Assembly: GCA_050575255.1 (NCBI GenBank)
Contig: JBNZDD010013650.1
Coordinates: 3,256,073-3,320,072 of the forward strand
DNA: 64,000 bases
Direction: 5' to 3'
From: Harriotta raleighana
Lineage: Eukaryota
Positions 39,046 through 51,512 of the stretch are shown here, piece after piece. The notes below the pieces were generated by a model. That model saw nothing but the letters and a program-made list of their open reading frames with translations. It was not told the origin of the DNA and made no database searches. The number at the start of each line of letters is the position of its first letter. Position 1 is the first letter of the stretch. Position numbers and translations under genes: made by a program.

Positions 39046-42000
39046 ATCAGTGGATCCCTTTTGGATTGAGTTGACTCCAATGGAAGATTGGAATTCAATC
39101 AGTTATTGTGACCATCTCATTGTCCAGTTTTTGAGGCAGATCTTCTGTACTCCAAACTACTTTTGAAGAATGACTTGTAATCTTAATCAGAACTTGAAGA
39201 AGCAAACTGATTTCTAGAGGAAGATATTCCTCCCATTCAGCCCTTGTTAACCTTACAAACCAAATCCCCAATAAGTAGGGTGGACCTAGATGACTCGTAA
39301 TGAGAAAGTTGCCAGTGTTTGTAATTGCAAGCTGCAGATTTAGCTAAACTCAAATTAAATCGTGGGCATTTGATCCTGAAGCTTGGCTCTTGCCAAACTG
39401 TACCTAAACTCTGAGGGATTAGGTAAATTAGGGTGTGTGTTCCTCTAAGGAGAGAGTGAGTACTACATACCAAACAAAAAAAAATCCATCCATGTGTGGA
39501 ATTCTCAGTAGTTTGGTTTGGAGGCTGTCAAGCACGGTAATGGTTTTGGATTTCCCAGTGTATCAGAAACGAGGCTGATTTTTGTTAAAAATTGTTTTCA
39601 GAACTTATTTTTCTCTGTTCTTCAGTGAAATGTATTGTGAACAAATCTAGATTTCAGATCCCTCTGCATTGTGATACAGTATATGGTTAATCACAGACCT
39701 GTACAGAGTGTGGATCACCAGCTGAACTAAAGTACAAACCTTGGTTGGGTCCCCTTCTAAACTCTTCTCTCTCGGCTGCTTGTGCAGTATTTTCATCTTG
39801 TACCTCTGCTGGGCTTGGTGCCAGCCTCGCTGTGCTGTTCTGCAGCCCATTTTTACCTTTGCTAACCTTTGCGTTTGCTGCCAGTCCATTTATTTTTCTT
39901 TCCTTCCTCCCTGTTGTAACACAATATGTTCCTAATAAAGAATTTCACGTCCCCCACCCCATTCCAAGTGTCAGCAGCTCTTCACCTTTAATTTGTTAAA
40001 TTCGCCCAAATTTGTTATGTTAAAATTCACTCGTGTACACATGTGGGTCAGCAGAGGTTTGTCTTACTGCTGATATTAACAGTGTGCTTGCTGGCTGCCC
40101 TGCATAGCATACCATCGTCCTGTTGGGTCTACGGCTATTTTTCCACATCTGTATGAGGAGTATGTGAGATGGAATAGTGGAAGATTTATTTATTTTTTAC
40201 TTTGGGACCAGCCAGATGGACCACAGAGGTCTTTTCTGATCCTGTACATTCCTATGTTCTTATGTCTGCTTACAAATCTCCCCCTCAGTTTTCTCCTTTT
40301 GTCTCCTGAAAGCATTCACTCAAGCTGGATGCACTGATACCTCACTCCCTGTGGCCAGGCTTCTCATACGAGTCCCAACACTGAAGCTATTGATGAATGG
40401 GAGGTTATCACAGCTGAGTTTGATTCTGTCCTCCCTTGACGTCTAAACACATCCACTTTCCAACAAGAGTCACTGGATTGGAATCCAGAATAGAATCCCT
40501 GAATCTTTTCCCCTTCCTAGCCCATGAGCGCTGAGGTCATTGTAGCGTCCCATATTTGTGGTCAAATAACTCAACATTATACTTACCAACTGATCCATCA
40601 GGGAGCTTTCTATGTGCTCTATTTTTTCAAGATCTTGGGTCTGCATATATAATGCACCCAGGGTCCCATTAGCTTTGCATCTCTAGGTTGTTAGTTCAAT
40701 TTATGCAATCTAATCTCCCCAAAACTGGAACTAAATTGCCTCAGAGGAGACACCCAAGACAAGGCATACCTGCAGTAATCCACACAATCATCAAGGTGTC
40801 GATGTATCTCCATTTTCTCGACACGAATGAGTGGGACAGTCCGAACTGGTCAAGTGTCCATTTTCTCCATCCATGTTTTATCTTTAAGAGTAATGCGTTA
40901 GTTTTAAGAATTGAAGCAGCAAAGCAAAAGAAAAGAGACTACATGAGGAGGGAGAGGAGCTCAGGGGAGTTATATTAAGAGAGAGAGAAAGAGAAAAAGA
41001 AAGCTGAAAGGTACTTAAAGAGATGCTGGGTAATCACTTATACTCTGGAACACTGACCTCTCTGTCTGCTCTGTGCTTTGAGTTCCACCATCTGTCTTTA
41101 GAGAGTTTATTTAGACAAGTCTGCGATCTCTAGCGAGTGTCTGGCTTGCTCTCAAATCTGTGGCCTGATAGGATTGCAACCAGGGAATGGGTGGAGGTTT
41201 GTGGTGTTTAACTTCTGTAATTCATCTGCTCTTCATTTTAATATTTTTTGTATCTACGAATTGATCAATGACTTGTGCCTTCAGTTTCGCCCCCTGTTCT
41301 ATTCCATACCTGGGCTCCTTTGAGAAGGTGGCCATATCTCTGGAAATATCCAATTGATTCAGCTGCTGAAACATAAGCAATACCCCTTTCTCAAGCTGTC
41401 TTATTTAGGGTGGAAGTGAAGGGTTAATGCTAGAACGTTCCATAGCAAATGGTCTTCCAAGTGGCCAGACCTTGGAATTTGCTGTGTTTGTGTAAGATCG
41501 GGTGAGTGGTAAAATAAACCGTGCAGAAATTGGGAAAGAATAACAAGTGTGCTGATTCAAGGTTGTCGGGCATCAGTGATGGGGTTTTCTCTCCTGGTGG
41601 ATCTGTTACACCATCAGTTTCATGTTCAGAAATGTAACCAGAATGACGGCAGTGAAGCACTCAATATTTTGGGGGTGAACCTCCAGGGCAAGGAAAGAAA
41701 AACCGGGCAACCACAATCTTTTGGACATTTCAAGAGATGAGGACAGTGTTGGCACTTAAAACTTTTCTGGATAGTTCAGCCTCAATTCATAGTGATTAGA
41801 AATCGAGCTATGGTGCGGATGAAAGGGCATTCAGTGATTGTAATTACATTCTCAGTAACTCTTTCTACCCCAGAAATCTGTCACTAACCAAATCTTTCCT
41901 GCTGTCTATCCGGTCCCATGCATTCTCAGGGTTAGTAACTATTGCCTCCTGTACCTCCTATATACCATGTTAATGACATTCTCTACTGCTAATGGGGGGT

Positions 42001-42464
42001 GGATGGGGCTTGGCGTCTGGAAGGATGAGATCAGATGGGCCGAACAGCCTTCTTCATCCAAACCGATCTTGTGATGCCAATCCAGCTGTCAAACTCATTA
42101 TCTCTTCTCAATCTGAACTCTATCTGCCTTTGTCTCAAGTTTAATGCTGAGAAGTGTTTAAGGCATTAAAAGATTGCTCTACTTTGTTCTCATACCTATC
42201 ATGTGTTGAACAATAGAGTGCTGTATCCATCGGGTAGAGTGCAATGAAAAATTAATAAAATAATTAAAAATAACATGAACAAAAAGCTTGTTAGTGTGTG
42301 ATAATCAGAATATTGCCCTGGGTGCAGGCTGTGAATTAATTTAAATTAAAAAAAATTCTACTACTCCTTGCCAATCATTCTTCTCTCCTGAAGTAGCTGA
42401 CTCTTCAGAACTGTCCTAAGGAGTACGCATTCTGAGGTCAGGTACAACATGTGTACAGAGTAAT

Positions 42465-42760
42465 TTACTCCCCACATACACACACATCTCTGTTTACCTA
42501 GCAGTAAGTCGGAACCCAGTTGTTAGTCAATTGGCTGATTGCTTCCCAGAGGGTAATAATTCCTTCAACAAAAATAATAATTTGGTGACTCAATTCATGC
42601 CTAATTGTAGACAACGCTATGCACAATTGCCAGCCGTATTTCGGCCACAAAATATACAGTCACTACACTTTACAGTCTATGCTGTGAAGCACTTTGACAT
42701 TGCAAAGTACTTCACAGCATAGACTGTAAAATAGACATCAAATGCAGAAATTATTATTCT
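42465..42760 (+). mobile_element. Family A SINE (headless) containing an internal inverted duplication
   Basis: ctctgtttacctagcagtaagt...gttagtcaattggc...ccacaaaatatacagtc...caaatgcagaaattattatt. Confidence 0.85.
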
Positions 42761-43198
42761 TGTAGATGAGACCTCCGTTTAACATGTTATCCAAAGGACG
42801 CTCCTCCGACATTGCACCCCCCAGCAATGTGTTGGAGTGTCAGCTTGGACTTGTGTGATTCCTATTCCCAATATGGGGTTTGAACTAGACGCTAATTTGA
42901 TTAGATATCTTAGGCATTATTGTCTGAAAGGTTCAAAGTAAGTGAATGCTCCACTGCTGTGTTTGTGGCAGCACAGATTGTGAGCTGATTTTTCCAGTCC
43001 ATCCTTATTCGAGAAGCATCAGTCAATTAGACTTCAGTGTTGCAATGAACCAGTTTGAGTTGGCAGAATTGGATCTCCGAATTGTATTCCTTCCATCATT
43101 TGATTGCCAAAGCAGACCTGAGAGTGAGTGAGTATTTCATCTTTGTCCTTGTGTTCCTTTCAAAGCTGTGCATTACAGAATTTCCTTTATTTTCACAG

Positions 43199-43252
43199 AA
43201 ATCCCATCAGTTCCCCCGACATCTGTGGTCAGCAGTACAGAAGAGCCTGCAG
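43199..43252 (+). CDS. NTN3: Netrin linker exon between V-3 and the C domain (54 nt, phase 1-1); missed by the ORF track
   Basis: Acceptor tttattttcacag| and donor AG|gtgagt. Translates (K)IPSVPPTSVVSSTEEPA(D), matching the netrin KIP...EEPAD linker. The frame joins both neighbouring exons. Confidence 0.92.
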
Positions 43253-45182
43253 GTGAGTGATCCCGTTACGATAACAAGTATAGTTAACTATGATTCTTTA
43301 CCCTTAAAATATGTGCTTCCTTATATCCTGGTTCTTTGGTTAAACATATTGATACTGAATTATATTGTTCAACTTGGAGCCTTTGACATGGATTCAACAA
43401 CACCAGTTCTCAAGCACCTTGACGATTTTGTTATGATTCTGCCTTGTTTTATTCTTCTACAATATCACTACAATATCATAGGTCTTCTGACCCAATCCAA
43501 GCCAGACAGAAGTGTTCTCTACTGGTTATCATGGTCCTATGTAAATTAAACTTTAGTGGCTGTGGACTCTTTATTTGCTACTGAAATGGCAATCTGACTT
43601 CAAGGGTGATAGGAATGGCTAATGGAGGAAATGAATGACTGTAGCATTCCTGAGCTCTACTCTACCCAGCTATACTGAGAATGGATTTAATGCATACACT
43701 GTATCTGGGAGAGCTATAACCTTTGTTCTGCATCTGTCCAATAAGATGCTGGACCTGGATATGTTTGATGGTGACACCAAATCCTTGAACTGTTGAACTG
43801 TTTCATTTCTCAGGAACAAAAAAAATTACCCCCAAAATTATATCTATTTTACGGTCTTATGAATTTCACTTCAAACCCACGAATGGCCCAGTTTTTCTCA
43901 GAGCTTTGTGAAATACTCCAAGGCTTGTTCTTTGATTTGTTGTACTTTTTTAGATTTTGAACTCTGACCAAATCTCACATGAACCATGACAGAATTACTT
44001 CATATGATCTCCCAGTGCTTTATTCAAATCTAAAACAATAATGTTGAAATCTCATTGGGGGTAGGGAAATTTAACCATAGAGTGAACAGCTGAGATAATG
44101 TTATACTTAACATGGTGAGGGAGCAAGTCAACAGTTCTGGTGTCAGTCAGCATGTGCTAGAACTGAACCCTGGCATGGCTAGTTTATTTTTGTTTGCATT
44201 AGAAAATCAATTGGTTACAATTCCAGGCTGACCACTGACAGCGTGGCAACTTCCAGTCATTGAGAAGGCAATCCAAAGAGGATTCCCAGTGTAAGGGACA
44301 CAGCAGCTGGGAAGGTTAGCTCCTTCCTATCAACAGGTTAGCAATTTGCTTTCAGAGCCTGCAGTGGGATGTAATGAGAGGGGCATTGGATTGTGAAGGG
44401 ACAGAAAAAAATTTCAGACTATTTTCAAATCTCATTTCTATCAATTAACATAACCATTGCCATTAAAATTAATCCAATTAATTCCCTATCAAACCTGTCT
44501 CTATTCAGCCTATCGTGTCTGTAAAGCAATTTTCTAACGTATTGAAAGTGAAGCACATTCTGTTGAATCAAATTATACAGTATTATGAAGGATGGTGCTG
44601 TGCATTCCCCCATTCGTGACTTGATGCTCCAGATAAATTGTCTACTTCCATTCTGCTTGGAAGAGGTAAAGGCAGAAAGAATGAAGATATGGATATTTTT
44701 AAGACTTTAAAGGTTTGTGAAGTATTTACACAGAACTGTTCCCAAGGAGATTGCACAGCACACACCTGGCACAACAGGCATCATTGCTTTAATTTTCCAG
44801 TGTAAAGAAATGAAAGGCTAAGTATAAAATGTTTCTTATCAGTACGTGAAGGAATGGCGACATCTTTTACACTGAAGTGCGCAGAGCGGCAAATACACTG
44901 AGCATTAATTATACATGAATCATCTTTACAATGCGTGGCTTATGTAGAATTCAGTAGCATGTACATGACCACGAATCAGTGAAATAGAAAGATTTCAACA
45001 TGCGTTAATCAACTTGGTTGCAAACAACAACTTCCATTTAAGTTGCCTCGGTTAACAGAGCCTTTCACGTCGAGGATGTTTTAATGCGATTCGCAGAGAT
45101 GAATGAACCCAAATGGTAGGGTTGCGGGAGACCACTGTGATATGGTGGGGCAAAAAGACTCATCAGAAAAACTGTTGCATAA

Positions 45183-45560
45183 AATTATAATTTTTCCATT
45201 TGATATAGTGCCACATTACATCATTGGGACATTCCAAAGCAGTTCACACAATGTATTGTACAGTAGATTGACTGTGTGTTTGTGGGCGAAACATGTCAGC
45301 CAATCGCACTCAACAGTGTTCCACAAATAATTGTGGATTGAGTGATCAATTTCATCTTATTATTTATTTATTTTGGGTGAGTGGATTATTACCCCCGAAA
45401 AGTGATCCACTAATAGACTAACCAACCGGGTTCCTACTTACTGTTAGGTAAACAGAAGCGTGTGGAGTTAGGAAACTTTCTTGCGTAAGTTTCCGACCCG
45501 CCCGCGAATTGAACTCTGGTCTTCTCGCATGAGAGTGTGCTAACCACTACACTGTGGTAC
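45183..45560 (-). mobile_element. Near full-length family A SINE
   Basis: Reverse complement of the tail (ccatttgatatagtgcc), the body (cctacttactgttaggtaaacagaagcgtgtggag) and the head (gtgctaaccactac). Confidence 0.85.
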
Positions 45561-45889
45561 TTTGTGAAATGTTGAACTTTCAAAATGTCCCCACAGCTAC
45601 CAAAAAAAGTATAATTACAACAAAGAAGCATCTCGAATCTTAAATCTTTTAGGACAATCCATTTATCACTAGCAGACTACGTAGCATCGTTTCTAATTTT
45701 ATTCATGGATTCAAATTATTTATGAGGTACTTGCTGTAATGAAAAAATTGAAATACTCCCTTGTTATTACATTGTAGGCTGCAACATATTAAAACATTTA
45801 TTTCTAACCCTCTGCCTTCCCGAAGGATGCCATTGACCTCTACACTGTGGTTCCGAGTGGCCTTCAGAGGGAATTTGCTATACGTCAGC

Positions 45890-46203
45890 CGCTTCCTTCC
45901 AGTCATCTGTGTTGGTTTCTGCAGATCTGGGCCACACCAGTCTCAACACTCGGGCCTAAGTGCTGGACCACTTCAGTCAGTCTGGCAAATTCCTCGTGGG
46001 CTTCCACTCACACTGTGTGGAAGGGAGGGCCTGACAAAATTCTTTCATTATTAAAAAAATACACAGCGCCAACTGATGTGGTATTTTCAGGCTTATTATA
46101 GCTGAAATGGCAGCAGTAACAGTATCAGCCATCAGTAAAATAGAGAGACAGGAAAATCCTGTTATAACAAGTTATGTTATTCCAGACTGCTTGTTCCCAC
46201 CAT
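45890..46203 (+). repeat. Unclassified interspersed repeat, copy 1 (copy 2 at 62570-62843)
   Basis: Shared blocks: ctgtgttggtttctgcag, gcttccactcacactgtg, actgatgtggtattttcaggct.att..agctgaaatggcagc and tgttattccagactgcttgttccca. Confidence 0.85.
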
Positions 46204-46427
46204 TACTGTTTTTATCCCCTCTGTAGCCTCACCAGGCCAGTTTCTTTGTATCATAAAGGAAAATCACGTGTATAAAAACAGTGGTTCACCATAGGATTCG
46301 TGAAGAGTGACCAACAGTCACCAATGGTAACTGTAGTTTACACTGACTGCCTGTGATCTACCAGTGGGGTTTTAGAGTGGGATTCCCATGGTCTACTTGG
46401 GTGGTTTTAGATAGAATGCCTTCCACA

Positions 46428-46675
46428 CCAACAACAAAATGACATTTATAAAGCGCTTTTCACGTTGGGAGGACTGAAGACGCTCAAAGTCAGGTTTTCA
46501 GAAATCATGCATGGGGAGGCAGGTTGGGGATTAGGAAGGGCGGAGAGTTCAGGTGCGCGTGATGGGATCATGGAGCCTGGTGCAGGAAAGGATACAAGCT
46601 GCGGAGTTGGGGAGGCCAACAAAAAGGGAGATTCTGTAGTGGAGCCTTGAGGTGATGAACGCAGGCCTAAAACGC
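46428..46675 (-). mobile_element. Internally deleted L2 3' fragment
   Basis: Tail caacaacaaaatgacatttataaagcgcttttcacgttgggagga. Peptide AFITSRLHYRISLFVGLPNS. Confidence 0.8.
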
Positions 46676-46687
46676 TTCACTGTAATT

Positions 46688-46895
46688 GGTAATAATAACA
46701 ATAACCCATGAGTTTGATATAGTACCTTAGTGCCAAACCATTGAATCGTTGAGATATCCATAAGCACAACCCAGGAATATACTATGTGGTTTGACTGTGT
46801 ATTTTGTGGATGAAATGCGGCAGCCAGTTCCACGCAGCAATGCCTCACAAACAGTCATGGAGTGACCAATTGTATTTGGGGGGATTTATTGGGCC
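46688..46895 (-). mobile_element. Family A SINE 3' part
   Basis: tttgatatagtacc...tgactgtgtattttgtggatgaaatgcggcagccag...cacaaacagtcatgga. Confidence 0.75.
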
Positions 46896-47834
46896 AGGAC
46901 ACTGTGAGAAACTCAAATAAATGCCACGGGATTTATTACTTTTATCATTTGGAGGGATCTTCAACATCTGCCTGAATAGGCAGATAGGACAACAACAATA
47001 AAATTATATTTAGATAGTGTCTTTCACGTGTAGTGACTCTATTTTGTAGGTAAATATGGCAGCCATTTACACAGCACCAGCTTCTGTTACACTACACTTT
47101 GTTCTGTTACATCAGTTACCACAAGATCATACAGAACCTCTCTCTGTTATATTTATTGCACTATGCCTCCATCTGTTATGTTACATCTGTGGGATCAATA
47201 CATTTTAATTATTTAGGGCTATTTGATTTGAAATTTGTGTTTGTGTGTGTGTATGTACAGGAAATGTTTTAAGTCCCATATTCTAGGTAAACAGAGGTGT
47301 TCAATAAGGAAAGCTGCCCAACGGCATGACAGTGAGATGTACCTTGCTCACATTTCCTCCTAATCTGCCCCTTTTGCATATATTTATAATGGCAGTCAGT
47401 CACCGAGACAGAAGTTAGACTGCTACTGAGGAGAGCTATTAAAATGTGCTGTTTTTGGAGCATTATCTGACGCTGCTCCAGGCTCTGAGTGGAAATGAAT
47501 CTCAGTTCCTGCACCTGAATATATTATGCAAATCAGAAACCATTGAATAGTAACATTTTGTTCAATAGCCTGTGACCCTATGTTAGTAGTTTAAATATGT
47601 ATACACATTTTCTCTCTCATTCTATGCCTCTGCGTAAATCCAAATGTGTGTGTGTCTCGCATTCTTTGTTTCTGTGTGGTTGCCTCACAGTGTCCATTTC
47701 AGGAAAGGCAAAATGGTAGAACTGGGGGCACTTACTCTAAGTAAGTGAATATCTATCCATTTCTAAGTAAACTGCTCGAGATCTTAATAAGAAAAATTGT
47801 TACTGAACTTTTCAAGAGGTTGGAGCTGATAAGG

Positions 47835-48060
47835 GATGCGCAGCTTAGATTTTGCAAAGGGCAAGTTGTTTCTGAGTGATTTGATCAAATAGGTTGAGAA
47901 AGTAATGATGCGTGTAGTTAGAGGAAATCTGATGAATGTTAATTGTTTGGACTTTCATAAGGCATTTGATAAAGTGTCACATAACAGACCTGTGGCCAAA
48001 ATTAACGCATGTGGTTTTTCATGGAAAATAAATGGATGGAGGAACGGTTGAAGGGTGGCG
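47835..48060 (+). mobile_element. CR1 RT fragment
   Basis: ttggactttcataaggcatttgataaagtgtcacataacagacctg translates LDFHKAFDKVSHNR. Confidence 0.75.
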
Positions 48061-49069
48061 ATCAGTGATTGGATCTTAGATTGGTGCCTTCATTGCAGAA
48101 TCAAACACTGATACTAATACTTGTTGAATAATTCCTAATATATCCTGGATTTTTACGATTCTATGGTCTGAAACTGTACTGCACTCTTGTCTATGTTTGT
48201 GTTTCTTTCTGATTTTGTGGAGTTTGTCGGTCTGCCTGTGTAAATCTCTCTACGTTGGTTTATTTGCCTATCTGTCTGTGAAAGGAGATTATAAGAGTGC
48301 ACGGTTCTAGAAAAGACCATTGGGGTCTATCTGGCTGGTCCCAAAGTTACAAAATGTCTTGCAATGTTCCAGCTCCATTTGCCTGAAGTGATTTATTTTT
48401 TCGTCTCACATCCAAAAGGTCCTGGGTTTGTAACTGAGTGGAAATCATTGCTAATCTTCCAGTACAGACAAGTTGGGCTGAATGGCCTGTTTCCATATAT
48501 GTTACACTGTATGGAAATGGGAGATATTGTAGATGATCATTGGAAATAGCTGATGTGTGAAATCAATTCTTTGCACAGAGGCAAATTTCAGATCCAATCA
48601 CTTTGACTCTCAATCACGCGGGTAGAAATAAAATAATTATTTCTAGTTCACTGGGTTGGCAGGTAGTTTGGGTAGGTTCGTGGCAGCAGCCACTTACAGT
48701 TACTGCCAAATGCAACCCACCACATTTTGGCTCATGCAAGTTTTAACTTGCTACCTGGTATATTAAGCCACCCATGTGGAATACTGTTCAAAGTTACTAA
48801 CTTTCCAAGTATAAATGAAATACTTAATCTGAATTTTTCTGTCTTGCTGATCCAAATTTACTGCCTATCTTGCATTCTCCTTACACTATCTCTATGTCGA
48901 ATGCAAACTCATCAAACTATCTCTCATTCTCATTTTTCCTCTGGGTATCAAGACTATAACTCCTACCTCCCTCAATCTTCCTTTTCTCATACACTCAGCC
49001 TACTTTTAATATCCAAACTTTACATTATCGGACCATTATTTGATTTATCTCATCTTCTCTCAAACTTAA

Positions 49070-49492
49070 ACACACTCCTTGCCGACCTCCCCAGCTCCAC
49101 TATTCAAAAGATCCAGCTCATTCAGAACCCCACAACCCACGCACTTATCCGGGACAAACTCCGTTCCCACATCTCACCAGTTCTGGCCAGACTCCACTGG
49201 AACAGATCCAGCACCAACTGCTCGATTTCAAGATCCTCAGACGTGTGTTCAAATCCCTTCACTACCTGGCACCTTCCAACCTCCTCACTCCTCAATCCAC
49301 CACACAGCGTCTTGGCTCCTCTGACCATCTGATGTCATGCTTTGGGCGACTACGGCCCGAAACTGGTACACTCAATTCCTCCGCCTTGTCCCCCCTCTCT
49401 CCATTTTCAAGTTCTAAGGACTTTCCTCTTCAGCCTTGCTTATGGTAACCTCCCCTTCACCCCCAACACTATTTAAGTGCAAGTTGTTGTTT
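49070..49492 (+). mobile_element. L2 3' fragment
   Basis: NTLLADLPSSTIQKIQLIQN...HISPVLARLHW and FKSLHYLAPS. Ends aagtgcaagttgttgtt. Confidence 0.8.
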
Positions 49493-51142
49493 TTGCAGCT
49501 TGTTGGTGCCCTGCACTTTGGTTTCTCAGCATCAAAATCTTGACCTGTGCAGATTCCACAAAAATTATTTAGGAATATTTTTACATTTGACCCCAAGTAT
49601 AATATTTTAGGGAATTTTCCAACAAAGTTACGTTTGTATAGCGCCTTTCATCAGGAGGATATCCCAAGGCGCTGGACAATCAGTGTTTCAGACCTGATTT
49701 TCTGGCTCTCAATACGTTTTTTTTCATGTAGCTAATGTTTGCTTCTGATGATTGATTCCATTCATTTTCTAGTTATTGAGGTCAGCCTAATTGGTGTATA
49801 CTGAATTTGCAAGGCATGATTCTGTCAACCTGAATAAAGATGGAAACCTCATTTATTTGTTTCTATCTGATCAGATATTCTGTGTTCTTTGACTCTCTCA
49901 AAATTGAGGAATTGAAGCAAAATCCATAATAATTATTAAAAAGAGAATTTCTGTAAAGCCAGCACAGGCATAGTGGGCTTCTTCTGTGCTGCAGAATTTT
50001 GTAAAATATCCATCAGTGGTCCACAAATATCTTGACTACGAATTCTATGATTGGGGAATTTGTTTCTTTTGTAGCTCTTTGAGCTTACGTGAAGTGCATC
50101 GGTAGCTGTTTGCTACCTTCTGTTTTTCTTCATTTGTGTTCCTTAGGGTAAAAGGGTGCTGGGCTAGGAGACGTTATTGAGTCCAAGAGTTTGAGGGAAT
50201 TGGATTAACATCAGTGGAGATATATTCAGAAACACAGGGTGGTGGCTAGTTATTGAGCTGACAGAGTTGGGGAGCTGGATGTACTCTGCTTTCACCGCAA
50301 CCACAGGTGGACCCTTTGTGGTTTTTCTTATTCTCCCTCAGCGTGCAGCCTGCCAACACTTACCCTGTTAGCTGCACACACCCAGCTTTTTGTGGTTCAT
50401 ACGACTAACAGAATTTAATCCATACAATAATATTGAAGCCCGTGTTCTCAAGTGTGAAGTCAGTCTGCAGCAGGCATTATACATTTAATCAAATTATATG
50501 AAATTTCTCAGAAGTGAACGAAAGCAAAACAAGCTACAAAATCCCACCGGAGATGGCCAGTGCATAACTTTGATGCCATTCTGTTCGCTGTTACTATATC
50601 CCGCACAGAGTGTTGTACATTCAGATCATTCCTGTGTTTCTACTCCCCGCACCTCACCAGGAATGAAGGTAACTACTTGAGTGGAACTCAATGCCATCCA
50701 GAAGGTACACATTTATCAAAATGAATGTTCTGATACATGCTTCTGAATTGCATGGATTATCAGCAGAGTGCCCAGGCATGGTTCAATGGATGTCATTCAT
50801 ACGATTGGGCATTGCTGTCAATGTTAAAAGGAAATACAATCAACTTACTGTATTTTATGGTTAGGAATAGAAGCCTTAAAAGAGTATAAATTACGTAGCG
50901 TAGTATTTTTGTTCCGTGGACTGGGTGGTACAATAGAAGTCACATGGGGGTTTATCTTTCTAATAACAAATCTTTCAGATCTAAGACCAAGAGGTGATAA
51001 GTCTGTGCAGCTTGGGTCCGAAACACTGACTGTCCAGCACCTTTGGATGTCCTCTCGACGTGAAAGGTGCTATACAAATGTAATTTGGTTGTTATTGTTC
51101 CAGTATTTAAACCAACAGGTAAATCTGGGCCGAGTACAATAA

Positions 51143-51512
51143 TATTAATTATAATCCTTGAATTTGATACAGTGTCTTACCATGTTGTTGCGACGACTCA
51201 AAATGTTTCACAGAATATACTGTAAACCAAATTGACTATATTTTGCGGGCAAAATGCAGCAGCCAATTGCACACAGTAGTATCCCACAAACAATGGATTG
51301 AATGACCAAAGTATGATGACTTTTTTTTTAAATGAAGCAATTATTACCCACAGTAAGCGATCTGACCATCTACTTACAGACGGTTTCATATTTACTGCTA
51401 GGTAGATAGAGGAATGTGGAGTAAGGAAACTTGCCTAAGTTTTGTCTTGCCCAGGAATCAAACCTGGGTCCTCTTGCTTGTGAGGCGTGTGCTCTAACCA
51501 ATGTGCTACAGA
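51143..51512 (-). mobile_element. Full-length family A SINE
   Basis: Reverse complement head tgtagcacattggttagagcacacgcctcacaagcaagaggacccaggtttgattcctggg. Body and tail are conserved. Confidence 0.9.

Noticed and set aside
43171-43178. Alternative acceptor cattacag 20 nt upstream of the linker exon
   Set aside because: It would shift the frame and has a weaker pyrimidine tract. Nothing supports its use.
43055-43549. 164-aa ORF overlapping the linker exon
   Set aside because: It is in a different frame from the netrin exon and has no homology. The splice signals define the 54-nt exon instead.
48727-49332. Longest ORF in the track (201 aa)
   Set aside because: A low-complexity Leu/Ser-rich start runs into a decayed L2 ORF2 fragment. 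It is not a gene.
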